From Gemmatimonas sp. (GTDB lineage Bacteria > Gemmatimonadota > Gemmatimonadetes > Gemmatimonadales > Gemmatimonadaceae): a stretch of 64,000 bases of DNA. Below the pieces are notes generated by a model. It worked only from the letters and a program-made list of their open reading frames with translations, did no database searches and had not been told where the DNA came from. The position numbers and the translations under genes are program-made. The stretch covers positions 2,688,001 through 2,752,000 of the forward strand of contig OZ257156.1 of assembly GCA_965279375.1 (NCBI GenBank). Direction: 5' to 3'. Every line of letters begins with the position of its first letter. Position 1 is the first letter of the stretch. Below are positions 37,399 to 47,989 of this stretch, in pieces.

Positions 37399-38379
37399 TC
37401 AGTCGAGGTAGAGGACCTGCTTGATCGCCGCGATCGTCTTCGGCAAATCGGGCTTGGCGGCCTTTTCGAGACTCTTCGTGTACGGCATCGGTGCATCGGC
37501 CTGATGCACGCGCAGCACCGGCGCATCGAGATAATCGAAGCAGTAACGCTGCACGTAGTCCACCACCTGCGCGCCTACGCCGCACACTTCCCACCCTTCT
37601 TCCACCACGACACAACGCGTCGTCTTGCGCACCGATTCGGCGATCGTGTCGACATCCATCGGACGGATCGTGCGCAGGTCGACGACCTCGCAGCTGATGC
37701 CTTCCTTGGCCATCGCTTCTGCGGCCTGCAACGCGACCAGCACCATCTTGCCGTGCGAAACGAGCGTCACCTGATCGCCGACACGCTTCACTTCCGCCTT
37801 GCCGAGCGGGATGATGTAGTCGGTGTCGGGCACTTCGCCCTTCGTGTTGTACAGCATTTCGCCTTCGAGGAAGCACACCGGATTGTCATCGCGGATGGCT
37901 GCCTTGAGCAAACCCTTGGCGTCGTACGGCGTGGCCGGCGCGACGACCTTGAGTCCGGGAATATGCGCGAGCCACGATTCCCATGCTTGGGAGTGCTGCG
38001 CGCCGAGCTGCAACGCGGCGCCGTTGGGGCCGCGGAACACCATCGGCATCGGGAATTGTCCTCCCGACATATACAGCATTTTCGCCGCCGCATTGACCAC
38101 TTGGTCGAGTGCGAGCAGCGCGAAGTTCCACGTCATGAATTCGATGATCGGACGCAGTCCCGCCATCGCGGCGCCGACACCGACGCCGGCGAAGCCGAGT
38201 TCGGTGATCGGAGTATCGACGACACGCATCTCGCCGAATTCCTGGAGCAGTCCCTTGGAGACCTTGTACGCGCCCTGATAGACGGCGACTTCTTCGCCCA
38301 TGAGGAAGACGCGATCGTCGCGTTGCATTTCTTCGCGGAGCGCCATGTTGAGCGCATCGCGGTACGTGATGACGGCCAT
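37399..38379 (-). CDS. pdhB: Pyruvate dehydrogenase E1 beta
   Basis: GEEVAVYQGAYKVS, DTPITE, EFMTWNF, AQHSQ. Confidence 0.97.
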   Translation of the reverse strand: MAVITYRDALNMALREEMQRDDRVFLMGEEVAVYQGAYKVSKGLLQEFGEMRVVDTPITELGFAGVGVGAAMAGLRPIIEFMTWNFALLALDQVVNAAAKMLYMSGGQFPMPMVFRGPNGAALQLGAQHSQAWESWLAHIPGLKVVAPATPYDAKGLLKAAIRDDNPVCFLEGEMLYNTKGEVPDTDYIIPLGKAEVKRVGDQVTLVSHGKMVLVALQAAEAMAKEGISCEVVDLRTIRPMDVDTIAESVRKTTRCVVVEEGWEVCGVGAQVVDYVQRYCFDYLDAPVLRVHQADAPMPYTKSLEKAAKPDLPKTIAAIKQVLYLD

Positions 38380-38393
38380 GTTCGTGTGCGCTC

Positions 38394-39458
38394 TCAGCTC
38401 GTGGTTTCGACCAGGATGTCTTCCATGAGCGCTTCGAGCGGAAGCTCAGGGCTCTGTTCAGCGAAGTCGATCGATTCCTGCACGATCTTCTTGATCTCCT
38501 CGTCCATCGCCGCCACATCAGCGGCCGTGATTTCACCGGCTTCTTCCATGCGCTCACGATGGAGCGCGATGGGATCGCGCTTGAGGTACTGCTCGAGCTC
38601 TTCCTTGGTGCGATAGGTACCGCTGACCGCGTCGCTCATCGAATGGCCCATGAAGCGATAGGTGCGGATTTCGAGCAGCGTGGGCGTGCTCGACTTGCGC
38701 GCGCGCTCGATCGCTTCAGCCGCCGCGGTGCGCACGGCGTGCACGTCCTGTCCGTCCACCACGTCGCGCGGCATGTCGTACGACGCGCCACGCTTGTAGA
38801 TGTCGTGAATCGCCGAGGCGCGCTCGACGGCGGTGCCCATGCCGTAGCGGTTGTTCTCGATGACGAAGATGCACGGCAACTTCCAGAGCGCGGCCATGTT
38901 CAGCGCTTCGTGGAAGGCGCCGTTGTTCACCGCCGCTTCGCCCATGAAGCAGACGATGACCTGATCGCCGCCGCGATACTTGATGGCGAATCCAACACCG
39001 GCGGCAATCGGAATGTGACCGCCGACGATGCCGTGTCCGCCGAGGAAGCCTAGCTGCTTGTCGAACATGTGCATGGAGCCGCCCTTGCCGCGCGCGCATC
39101 CATCCTGTCGTCCGAACAACTCAGCCATCACCGCCTTGGGGGTCATGCCACGCGCGAGCGCCTGTCCGTGATCACGGTACGTCGTGATCATGTAGTCGTC
39201 GGGGCGCAGCACGGCGCAGAAGCCTGTGGAGATGGCCTCCTGTCCGATGTACAAATGGCAAAACCCGCCGATGCGGCCGATGGCATACATCTCGGCGCAC
39301 CGCTCTTCGAAGCGGCGCTGCATCAGCATGGAGTAGAGCAGGTCGCGATTGAGCGACGCGCTGTCAGCGCCCGCTTCGGTCGCTACGGCAGGGGCCGCAT
39401 CCGCACCATTCGCGGCACGGCGTCCCTCGCTCGTCTTGCGTGATTTTGTTGTGCTCAT
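38394..39458 (-). CDS. pdhA: Pyruvate dehydrogenase E1 alpha
   Basis: GFCHLYIGQEA, GKGGSMH, GEAAVNNG...ENN TPP-binding region, YRFMGHSMSD. Confidence 0.97.
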   Translation of the reverse strand: MSTTKSRKTSEGRRAANGADAAPAVATEAGADSASLNRDLLYSMLMQRRFEERCAEMYAIGRIGGFCHLYIGQEAISTGFCAVLRPDDYMITTYRDHGQALARGMTPKAVMAELFGRQDGCARGKGGSMHMFDKQLGFLGGHGIVGGHIPIAAGVGFAIKYRGGDQVIVCFMGEAAVNNGAFHEALNMAALWKLPCIFVIENNRYGMGTAVERASAIHDIYKRGASYDMPRDVVDGQDVHAVRTAAAEAIERARKSSTPTLLEIRTYRFMGHSMSDAVSGTYRTKEELEQYLKRDPIALHRERMEEAGEITAADVAAMDEEIKKIVQESIDFAEQSPELPLEALMEDILVETTS

Positions 39459-39554
39459 TCGTGGTGTTTGGACGGAGGACCGGCTGTTCACTGCGAAGTT
39501 CAACGCGAAGTTCACTGCGAGTTGAGCGCGTCGACTGACGCGTCAGAAAACGCG

Positions 39555-40463
39555 TCAGACGCCTGCGGCTTGCACCTGCTCCCACGCGTGATAGCTCGAG
39601 CGCACGAGCGGACCGCTTTCGACGTGACGGAAGCCGAGGCTCATGCCCACGTCGTAGAGCTCCTTGAACTCCGCCGGGGTGACGTAGCGATCGAGTGCGA
39701 TGTGCCCGTCGGAAGGACGCAGGTACTGGCCAAGCGTCAGGATGTCCACGTCAACGCTGCGGAGATCCTTCATGACTTCGATGACTTCCTGATTCGTCTC
39801 GCCGAGTCCGAGAATGATCCCCGTCTTGGTGGGGACGTCTGGCGCGATCCGCTTGGCGATACGGAAGATTTCGAGCAGCCGCTCATAGCGACCACCCGGG
39901 CGCGCCTTCTTGTAGAGGCGCGGCACGGTTTCCGTGTTGTGGTTGTAGATGTCCGGTCGCGCCTCGAGGACGGCGCGGATGGAGTCTTCGTTGCCTTGAA
40001 AGTCCGGGACCAGCACCTCGATGGAGCAGCTGGGAAGCTTGGCGCGGATCTGCCGGATTGTTTCGGCAAAGATGTACGCACCGAAGTCCGGGAGGTCGTC
40101 GCGATCCACGGACGTGATGACCGCGTGACGCAGGTTGAGCTCGGCGATCGCCTGGGCGACGCGCGACGGCTCTTCGATGTCGTAGGCCGGCGGCCGACCG
40201 TGCGACACGGCACAGTAGGCGCAGTTTCGGGTGCAGACATCGCCCAAAATCATGAAGGTGGCAGTGCCGTGCTCCCAGCACTCGCCGATGTTCGGGCAAT
40301 GCGCTTCCTGACAGACCGTGTGCAGGTTGAGATCCTGCATCATCTGTTTGAGGCGGATGTAGTTGCTGCCGCCCGGCGCCTTCACCTTGAGCCATTGGGG
40401 CTTCCGCTCAGGGAGCGGGTCCCGCCGATGGCGCCCCATGATCTGATGCAGCTGCTCGGCCAT
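39555..40463 (-). CDS. lipA: Lipoyl synthase
   Basis: CQEAHCPNIGEC, CTRNCAYC, RSSYHA. Confidence 0.98.
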   Translation of the reverse strand: MAEQLHQIMGRHRRDPLPERKPQWLKVKAPGGSNYIRLKQMMQDLNLHTVCQEAHCPNIGECWEHGTATFMILGDVCTRNCAYCAVSHGRPPAYDIEEPSRVAQAIAELNLRHAVITSVDRDDLPDFGAYIFAETIRQIRAKLPSCSIEVLVPDFQGNEDSIRAVLEARPDIYNHNTETVPRLYKKARPGGRYERLLEIFRIAKRIAPDVPTKTGIILGLGETNQEVIEVMKDLRSVDVDILTLGQYLRPSDGHIALDRYVTPAEFKELYDVGMSLGFRHVESGPLVRSSYHAWEQVQAAGV

Positions 40464-40663
40464 ATCGCGCAGTTTCAGAGAAAACGGGCGGCGGCGAATA
40501 CCGGAGCCCGAGCCGGAAGGTAGTTCGGTGTACCACGTCTGGCCACAAGATGCTAACCGTCTTTGACGGTTTAGCCGGAACTCCGTAACTGTGCCAGTGG
40601 CGAAACTCACCGATGAGACTATCGTAGGGGCGTCAGAACTCATCACCGCCCGAGGATTTTCCC

Positions 40664-40879
40664 ATGCTTCGCAACCTGTTCACCATCGGCATCATCGCCT
40701 TGATCGGGCTCATCGCGCTCAAGGTCGTGTTCGGGCTGCTGGGCCCGCTTGTCGCACTGCTGCTCTGGCTGGCCGGACTGGCCGTGAAGGTCGCGCTCGT
40801 GGGCGCGATCGGCTACGTCGCCCTGCGAATCGTCAGTCCGTCGACCGCCGAACGCCTGACTTCAGGCTTCCGCAAGTAG
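40664..40879 (+). CDS. Small two-TM membrane protein
   Basis: 71 aa, strongly hydrophobic, GAGGA RBS, followed by a terminator. Confidence 0.7.
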   Translation: MLRNLFTIGIIALIGLIALKVVFGLLGPLVALLLWLAGLAVKVALVGAIGYVALRIVSPSTAERLTSGFRK

Positions 40880-40948
40880 CCACTCTGCGCCGGCGCGCGC
40901 GTAGGCGCCGAGGTAGAGCTCGGCCGAGAGAGTGCGTCGCGACAAGAG

Positions 40949-40979
40949 AAAGCGGGGCGGCATGTTGCCGCCCCGCTTT
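40949..40979. terminator. Bidirectional terminator
   Basis: AAAGCGGGGCGGCA-TGT-TGCCGCCCCGCTTT. Confidence 0.85.
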
Positions 40980-40980
40980 G

Positions 40981-43014
40981 CTATTCCTGCCAGTCGCCGC
41001 CCGAGCCTTCACTGGCGGTCGAGCCGCCGCCCGAGCCTGCATCGCCGCCACCGCCCTCGTCTCCAGCCTCGCCTCCCTCCGCCGTGCGTCCGCGATTGCG
41101 GGAACGACGGGCGCCTCCGCGCCGACCGCGCCGGCCGCGGCGCTTCGTGCGCGCCTGTCCCGCGGATTCGCCGTCGCCTGCCTCGGAGTCGTCGGATCCG
41201 CCATCGTCGGATTGGTCGGCGCCCATGTCGTCGGAACCGGCCTCATCGCCCTCAGCGCCGCGCCCGATCTGGCTCGCGTCTGCTTCCGACCTCTCAGGAC
41301 GTGGACGGTTCGCTCTGGGGCGGTTGGAGGCGGAGCGGGATTGCTCGTCGTCGCTCGAGCCCGCCGCGTCGCTCGAGACTCGGCCTTCCGAGTGTTCGCT
41401 GGATTCCTCGCCTGAATTCTCGCCTGAATTCTCGACGGATGACTCCGCGGAGCCGTCCGCATTGGCTTCGCGCTGCTTGGACTTCCGGCGACGCGAGCGC
41501 CGATTGCGGCGACGCTTCCGCTCGCGGGCGGCGGAATCGGTGCCCTCGCCTACCTCGATGCTCTCGGCGTCCTCGCCGTCGGTCTCCTCATCCGCGTCAG
41601 AATCCGCACCGGACTCCTTGGTCGAATTCGGCGTCAGCTGGTCGCCGGTGGGGCGAGGGCGCTGCGGCGACGCCGGGCGAGCCGCGGCGTTCTCGGTCGA
41701 CGCATCGGAGGCGTTGACGCTCTCCTCTGGCTCGGGGGCATACGGTGACGCCGCGGCGTCGCGGCGCGCCGTCGGTGCGGCAAACGGATCGTCGAGCGCC
41801 TGATCGAGGTCGGCGCTGTTCTGCGTCGCCGCATCGCGTCCACGTCTTGGCTCGTTCGTGCGCGCGCGGTCCCGCTCGCGACGCGGGCGCTCTTCCTTGG
41901 TGCGTTCTTCCTTCGCACGCTCTGCGCGTGGCGGGCGCGCGTCGCGCGGTGGTCGCGTCTCCTCGGCCTCCGGCCGCGGACGAGATGCGGCGGGACGTGC
42001 ACCCGGGTCGCGCGGCGCCGCGGTCTCCGTCGCCTCATTCGTCGGGCGCGTGTCCTTGTCGGCGCGGGCCTCACGCCGATCGCGGCGACCGCGTTCGCGG
42101 CGCGCGTCCTCGGCGGCATCTTCCAGTCCGGAGTCGCTGCGCGGACGTTCGCGGTCGCGCTTGCGTTCGCGAAGCCGCTCCGCGGTCATCTCCGGTTCGT
42201 CGCGCCGCTTGGGTGCGGGTAGCTGCTGTCCACGTGGCGGTCTCGCTGCGGCTTCCGCCGCTTCCGGAACCGTGGTGGGGGTGGCTTTGCGTCCGCGAGC
42301 ACGCCAGCCCCAGCGGAGCGTCGCGAGTGCGTCGCGCAGCGTGATGCGGCGACTGTCGCGCATGCGCACGCCGTAGGTGGGCTCGAGCGGCACCGTCTCT
42401 ACGCGGCGCGCGTGCGGCACCAGGCGAAGCAGCAGGTCGGCGTTGGCCGTCCACGAATCGCCGTCGCATACCGGAGCATCGCCGCTGGTGCGCAGCGCAT
42501 CACGCAGCACGGAAATGCGTGCGAGTCGCATGGAGCCGGTCAGGTCCTTGATGCCATCCACGCGCACGAAGGGGCGAAGTGCCCAACTCGCCGCCGTGAA
42601 CAGTCGTTTGACCGGCACCGGTGCATCGACAACCGCCGTGCGCTCACCGATGACGAGATCAGCACCGCCTTCGAACCGACGCGCGAACTCCGGGACGATG
42701 CCCGGCGGATCGGTGAAGTCCGCCTGCAGCAGGAGCATCGCGTCGCGTCGCGGGTAGCGCGTATGACCGGAGACGTAGCGCACGAGCGCGTCGACGGCGC
42801 CGGCGTATCCGACCGGCTTCGTCCCGCGCAGTACCGTGACCGGCATGGCGTGCGCGTACTGCTCCGCGACATCGGCCGTCTCGTCACTGCTGGCGTCGTC
42901 GTACACCACGACTTCGTACTCACGTGGAAACTCGGCAAGCACCGTACGGAGCCGCCAAAGCAGCACGCCAATGGTGGCGACCTCGTTCTGTGCTGGGATT
43001 GCGAGGTAAAGCAC
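40981..43014 (-). CDS. GT2-like glycosyltransferase domain with ~400-aa charged disordered tail
   Basis: LYLAIPAQNE, EVVVYDDASSDET, LQADFTDPP, GADLVIG; start set at GTG 43014. Confidence 0.8.
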   Translation of the reverse strand: MLYLAIPAQNEVATIGVLLWRLRTVLAEFPREYEVVVYDDASSDETADVAEQYAHAMPVTVLRGTKPVGYAGAVDALVRYVSGHTRYPRRDAMLLLQADFTDPPGIVPEFARRFEGGADLVIGERTAVVDAPVPVKRLFTAASWALRPFVRVDGIKDLTGSMRLARISVLRDALRTSGDAPVCDGDSWTANADLLLRLVPHARRVETVPLEPTYGVRMRDSRRITLRDALATLRWGWRARGRKATPTTVPEAAEAAARPPRGQQLPAPKRRDEPEMTAERLRERKRDRERPRSDSGLEDAAEDARRERGRRDRREARADKDTRPTNEATETAAPRDPGARPAASRPRPEAEETRPPRDARPPRAERAKEERTKEERPRRERDRARTNEPRRGRDAATQNSADLDQALDDPFAAPTARRDAAASPYAPEPEESVNASDASTENAAARPASPQRPRPTGDQLTPNSTKESGADSDADEETDGEDAESIEVGEGTDSAARERKRRRNRRSRRRKSKQREANADGSAESSVENSGENSGEESSEHSEGRVSSDAAGSSDDEQSRSASNRPRANRPRPERSEADASQIGRGAEGDEAGSDDMGADQSDDGGSDDSEAGDGESAGQARTKRRGRRGRRGGARRSRNRGRTAEGGEAGDEGGGGDAGSGGGSTASEGSGGDWQE

Positions 43015-43142
43015 GTAGTCGGGCGATGGGTCGGGAAAAGAGCGCACTGGCGCACACGTCTGCGTCCGATAATAACAGAGAAGGGGCTCAGGCGGGTGCG
43101 GTGCCCGCAAGCCAGCTGGCGACAGTATCAGGGGGAGACTCC

Positions 43143-43889
43143 ATGATTCTCGCAAATGTGCGGTCCCGACTGACCCGGGAAGATGCGCAATTGGTGCTCC
43201 GACTCGTGGCCCGAGGCTCGGGGCGCGCGCTGGACGACGCGGAAGGCACCCTGACCGATCAGGGGCTCGATCCGCTGCTGGATGACCCGCGGCTGCACGA
43301 CGGGCTGATGGACTCGCGCCAGGGGGCGCACGCGTCGCTGCCGCTCTTCGCCTATGTCGTGGTGCGGCGAGCGCTGCTGGCCGCCGGCGAGTCCGACCGG
43401 CAGCTCGCCGACTATCTCGCCTCGCTGGTGCTGCATTTCGGTCTGCGGCAGCGCGCGAACCGGATTTCGGCGCACGACGATGACAGCTACGACACACTGG
43501 CTGCGATCGGGGAAGCCATCGACACGGCGGATGCGAGGCGCAGCTATCTCGCGCGGGCCCATCTGGGCAACTACGCGCTCTGGATGAGCGGCATCTTTCC
43601 CGACGCGATCGAGCGTCGGCGGTGGCGACGCGGCGGCCCCGATCTGGGGTACTTCGAAACGATGGGATCGCGCGGCTATCGTCTGGCGGCCGATCATCGG
43701 CTCGCTGCAGAGCAGGGGATGGCCCCACTGTTCGAGACCGCGGCGGAGAAGTTTCCGCGACTGCGGATGGCCCTCAATCGAGTCAGCGATCGTCTCTTCT
43801 TTCCCAACGTGCACACGCCGGAGCGCCTGATGCGCCAGGTGACCGACGAGGCGCGTTGGGTGCCTCCCGGAGGGAGTACACTCAGTTAG
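43143..43889 (+). CDS. Conserved hypothetical protein
   Basis: GGGGGAG RBS, MILANVRSRL; protein-like composition (HLGNYALWMSGIFPD, YFETMGSRGY). Confidence 0.75.
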   Translation: MILANVRSRLTREDAQLVLRLVARGSGRALDDAEGTLTDQGLDPLLDDPRLHDGLMDSRQGAHASLPLFAYVVVRRALLAAGESDRQLADYLASLVLHFGLRQRANRISAHDDDSYDTLAAIGEAIDTADARRSYLARAHLGNYALWMSGIFPDAIERRRWRRGGPDLGYFETMGSRGYRLAADHRLAAEQGMAPLFETAAEKFPRLRMALNRVSDRLFFPNVHTPERLMRQVTDEARWVPPGGSTLS

Positions 43890-44032
43890 CATTCCGCGAC
43901 GGCGGTGGGCGCACTGGCGCCCGCCGTGACGCGGCGCGTATCGTGCGAGGGATGAGAAGGATGGTCCTTCTCGCAGCCCTCCAGCCGGCCGTGTGGTCTC
44001 TCCGGTCGCCCCCGTCGCACCTCGCCTCCCGC

Positions 44033-44629
44033 ATGTTCGATCAGCTTCGCGAATCCATCCGAGCCCTGTCCGACCGTCTGGCTCCCGAAGAGCGCCGCCG
44101 CGTAGTCTCCGCAATGCGGGATGCGATGGTGCACGCCAAACTGGGGTTGCAGGATCTGCGTGAGAGCATCGCAACGACCGAGGCTCGGCTCCAGACCGAG
44201 CGCACGGAGCTCGAGACGGTGCGCCGACGGCAGGGGCTGGCCGCCCAGATCGGCGACAACGAGACGGTCGCGATCGCTGAGCGATTTGCTGCGCAGCACG
44301 CCGAACGCGTGGCGGTCCTCGAGTCCAAGCTGATGGTTCAGCAGCAGGAGCTTTCGCTCGCCGACCGCGAGCTGGACGAGATGGCCAGTCAGCTGCGCCT
44401 GGCGGCATCGGGCGTGGCGCCCGGCGGCATCTCTGCCGACACGGCGGCCCAGCAGGAAGTCGATGACTTTCTCAGCGGTGCCGAAGATGCCGCCGCGTCG
44501 GGCGCATCCGATGGACTGTCCGACGTCGACACTGGTGAGCGCGCCGCCCCTGCGCGACGTACTCGTGCGCAACGAGAGGCAGAGGCGGAGGAGCGCCTGG
44601 CGGATTTGAAGCGTCGCATGGGGAAATGA
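44033..44629 (+). CDS. PspA/IM30-like coiled-coil protein
   Basis: Long helical heptad pattern, AAQIGDNETVAIAERF, C-terminal AEERLADLKRRMGK. Confidence 0.7.
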   Translation: MFDQLRESIRALSDRLAPEERRRVVSAMRDAMVHAKLGLQDLRESIATTEARLQTERTELETVRRRQGLAAQIGDNETVAIAERFAAQHAERVAVLESKLMVQQQELSLADRELDEMASQLRLAASGVAPGGISADTAAQQEVDDFLSGAEDAAASGASDGLSDVDTGERAAPARRTRAQREAEAEERLADLKRRMGK

Positions 44630-46398
44630 GCAGCGAGCGTCGGATGCGGTGCGCGGTGGCGCAGTGCGCCATGGCGGCACTGGCGGGCCCCTTGTGCGGA
44701 CTCGGTGCGCAGAACGCGACGCGACCAGCGCCGGTGAGCAGCAAGGGACGGTTACCCATCACGGGATGCGCGGGACAGACGATCAGCAACATCGTCGTCG
44801 TGACGCAGCCACCGTTGACCGAGCGACTGCCGCGACGGCTCGAATTCGTGCGGCGCGCGGCGCGTGCCTTGCACACCACGACGCGTGACGAGATCGTGCG
44901 GCGTTATCTGCTGCTGGACGTGGGGCAGCCGTGCAACCAGATCCGTCGCGCCGAATCGGAGCGCATTCTGCGCGCGCAGCCGTATCTGGTGGACGCGCGC
45001 ATTCAGGTGTACGACGACGAAGAAGGCGGTGTACGTCTCGAGGTCGAAACGCGAGACGAATTCAGCATGCTGGTGGGTGCGCAGGCGTCACCGCCGGTGC
45101 CGTATCTGCGTGGGCTGCGTCTCGGCGACAACAACCTTGGCGGCTCGGCGATTCTGGCCGCGCTCGAGTGGCGCGATGGCCGTGCGTTCAACGACGTGAT
45201 GGCGGCCGAGTTCACGGACTACCAGTTCGCCGGCGGCCGTCAGATCATGCGGCTGTCGGGAACGCGTTTCGAACGCGGCCAGGAGCTGCGCGCCGAATTG
45301 GTGCGGCCATACTTCACCGACCTGCAGCGCTTTGGCTGGATTGCGACGGTGGGTGGGACGCGGAACTACACGTCGATCATGCGTCCGCAAGAAGGACCGA
45401 ACGCGCTGAACGTCGCGCGCACGTTCGCGAACGTGGGCGGACTGATTCGAGTGGGTCCGGTCGGACGACTCAGACTCATCGGGCTTGGCCTCACGCGCGA
45501 AGTGCAGCGCGTGGATTCCGTACCGGTGCGGATTACGCGTGAAGGTTTCCTGCCGGACTCCGGATCGCCGCTCACGGCGCGCTTCCGCACGCAGAACGTG
45601 GTGCGCGCGAATGCGCTGCTGGGCTTCCGTCGGTTGTCGTTCCAACGCGTACAGGGCTTCGATGCGCTCACGGGCGCGCAGGACGTGCGCGTGGGCCTCG
45701 AGACGGGGGTGAGCTTCGGGCAGTCGCTGCCGATCGGGAATGCGCGCGACAAGGATCGTTTCGTGGCAGGCACGTTGTACGCCGGATGGGGCGGCCCGAA
45801 GTCGTTTGGCGGTTTGCAGGCCAACACGGAAGCGCGCTACGATCGACGTACGGGCAGGTGGGACAACATGGTTGCCAGCGGTCGCATGGCCTGGTACTTC
45901 AAGCCCGCTGTGAAGCAGCTCACGTTGCTCTCCACCGAATGGAGCGCGGTGCGCAACACGTCAGTGCCCGTACAGCTGTCGATGAGCGATTTTCTGGGTG
46001 GGCTGCGCGGCCATGATCGGTCGAGGGATCCGGGCGCCAAGCGACTCGTGTTGCGTGGCGAGCAGCGGCTGATCATTCCGACGCGCTACAACCTTGCCGA
46101 CGTCGGGTTGGCGGCGTTCGCCGAAGGCGGACGGCTGTGGCGCGATCCATCGGTGCCGTATTCGGTGGATACGCCGTGGCGGGGCGCCGTCGGTGTCTCC
46201 ATTCTTGCGGCGGTGCCGCCGCGTTCACGCCGCATGTGGCGCGTCGACTTTGCGTTTCCCGTCAGCAGCGATCGCGACCGAAAATTCGAAGTGCGCTTCA
46301 TCGGCGACGATCTGACGCGTCTGTTCTGGCGCGAGCCCAACGATGTGGAGCCGGCGCGCGAACGCACCGTGCCCAAGTCGTTGTTCAAGTGGCCATAG
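44626..46398 (+). CDS. Omp85/BamA-TamA-like outer membrane protein with POTRA-like N-terminus
   Basis: HTTTRDEIVRRYLLLDVG...ESERILR (POTRA-like), GGLRGH lid motif, AAFAEGG, RVDFAFP. Confidence 0.75.
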   Translation: MSSERRMRCAVAQCAMAALAGPLCGLGAQNATRPAPVSSKGRLPITGCAGQTISNIVVVTQPPLTERLPRRLEFVRRAARALHTTTRDEIVRRYLLLDVGQPCNQIRRAESERILRAQPYLVDARIQVYDDEEGGVRLEVETRDEFSMLVGAQASPPVPYLRGLRLGDNNLGGSAILAALEWRDGRAFNDVMAAEFTDYQFAGGRQIMRLSGTRFERGQELRAELVRPYFTDLQRFGWIATVGGTRNYTSIMRPQEGPNALNVARTFANVGGLIRVGPVGRLRLIGLGLTREVQRVDSVPVRITREGFLPDSGSPLTARFRTQNVVRANALLGFRRLSFQRVQGFDALTGAQDVRVGLETGVSFGQSLPIGNARDKDRFVAGTLYAGWGGPKSFGGLQANTEARYDRRTGRWDNMVASGRMAWYFKPAVKQLTLLSTEWSAVRNTSVPVQLSMSDFLGGLRGHDRSRDPGAKRLVLRGEQRLIIPTRYNLADVGLAAFAEGGRLWRDPSVPYSVDTPWRGAVGVSILAAVPPRSRRMWRVDFAFPVSSDRDRKFEVRFIGDDLTRLFWREPNDVEPARERTVPKSLFKWP

Positions 46399-46441
46399 TC
46401 GCCGCCTTTCGCGGCGAAAAAGCGGGCACAGCGATCCGCGG

Positions 46442-47989
46442 TTAGGCCTGCGCCGAGCGCGTGAGGCGCTTGAGCAGCGGCACGCAGACGAACATCAGCG
46501 CAGCGGCTACGAGCGACGACACCACGAAGATGGTGAAGAAGCCCTTGTTGGTGGCGCTCAACTGCTGGATGTATCCGCCGAGGCCTGACTGCACGGCTGC
46601 GGGCGCTTCACCGGGGAGCGGCGTGTAGCCTGCCACGAAGCCGGCCACCTTGTTGGCCGCGGCGTTGGCGAGGAACCAGACGCCCATCAACAGCGACGCG
46701 AACTTGAGCGGCGCGACGCGGGTGACGTACGAGAGGCCGAGCGGCGAGAGACACAGTTCGCCGATGGAGTGCAGGAAGAAGGCACCGAAGAGCCAGTTGG
46801 GGCTCACGAGCATTCCGGTGTCGGCGCGTCCACCACCAATGGCGAGCAGCGCGAAGCCGGCGCCAACGAACGCGAGGCCGATCGACATTTTGAGCGGCGT
46901 ACCCGGCTCGAGCTTTCGCTTGCCGAGCGCGCTCCAGAGTGCGGCCATGAGCGGCGCGCAGGTGATGATGAAGAACGAGTTGACCGACTGGAACCAGCTC
47001 GACGGCATGGTGAAATCGCCGTACTTGCGGTCGGTGAACTTGTCGGCGAAGAGACTCATGCTGGAGCCGGCCTGTTCGAACGCCGCCCAGAAGAAGACGA
47101 CGAAGAACGACACGATGAACAGCGCGATGACGCGATTGCGCTCTTCTCCCTGGGTGCCGAGCACGGACATGAAGATGGACGCGCCGATGACGGCGCCGAC
47201 GCCGATGCCGAGCAAGCCACCCGAGAGCACGGCCGCGAGCGCGCCGCCGACCGCGAGGCCGATGCCGCCGTAGAGCATCGACTTGTCGTTGCTGACAACG
47301 CCGCCGACGTCGATGGACTTGGCGCGACCGGTGGGTTCGCTGCCGAGGTCACCGATGAAGTTGCGCTTGAGCGTGGCGTAGCCGATCAGACCGAGCACCA
47401 TGCCGACGCCGGCGGCGGCGAACCCATAGTGCCAGCCGAAGCGATCGCTTTGCGCGAGGTAGCCACAGACGAGCGGTCCGAGGAAGCCGCCCGTGTTGAT
47501 GCCCATGTAGAAGATCGTGAAGCCGGCATCGCGACGCTCGTCGCCCTTGCTGTAGAGCTGTCCGGCGAGCGTGGAGACGTTGGCTTTGAAGAAGCCCGTG
47601 CCGATGACGACGAGTCCAAGACCTGCGTAGAACGCCGACATGCCCGGAAGCGCGAGGACAAAGTGGCCGGCGGAAATGATGGCGCCGCCGATCAGCAGGG
47701 CGCGATGCGTGCCGATGTAGCGGTCGGCGATGTAGCCACCGATCATCGGCGTGAGGTACACGAGCATCGTGTACGTGCCGTACAGACTGGCCGCGCGCGC
47801 GGTGTCCCACTTGAGCTCATTGACGAGATAGAGCACGAGGAGCGCGCGCATGCCGTAGTACGAGAAGCGCTCCCACATCTCGGTCATGAACATCAGGCCG
47901 AGTCCGCGAGGATGGCCGAAGAAGGCACGATCCTCCTGCACCGCCGCAGCAGTGGCGGCGGTCGTGGAGGTGCTGGTTGCGGAGGTCAC
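46442..47989 (-). CDS. POT/PTR family peptide:H+ symporter
   Basis: [43 protein letters not shown] overlap start. Confidence 0.95.
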   Translation of the reverse strand: MTSATSTSTTAATAAAVQEDRAFFGHPRGLGLMFMTEMWERFSYYGMRALLVLYLVNELKWDTARAASLYGTYTMLVYLTPMIGGYIADRYIGTHRALLIGGAIISAGHFVLALPGMSAFYAGLGLVVIGTGFFKANVSTLAGQLYSKGDERRDAGFTIFYMGINTGGFLGPLVCGYLAQSDRFGWHYGFAAAGVGMVLGLIGYATLKRNFIGDLGSEPTGRAKSIDVGGVVSNDKSMLYGGIGLAVGGALAAVLSGGLLGIGVGAVIGASIFMSVLGTQGEERNRVIALFIVSFFVVFFWAAFEQAGSSMSLFADKFTDRKYGDFTMPSSWFQSVNSFFIITCAPLMAALWSALGKRKLEPGTPLKMSIGLAFVGAGFALLAIGGGRADTGMLVSPNWLFGAFFLHSIGELCLSPLGLSYVTRVAPLKFASLLMGVWFLANAAANKVAGFVAGYTPLPGEAPAAVQSGLGGYIQQLSATNKGFFTIFVVSSLVAAALMFVCVPLLKRLTRSAQA

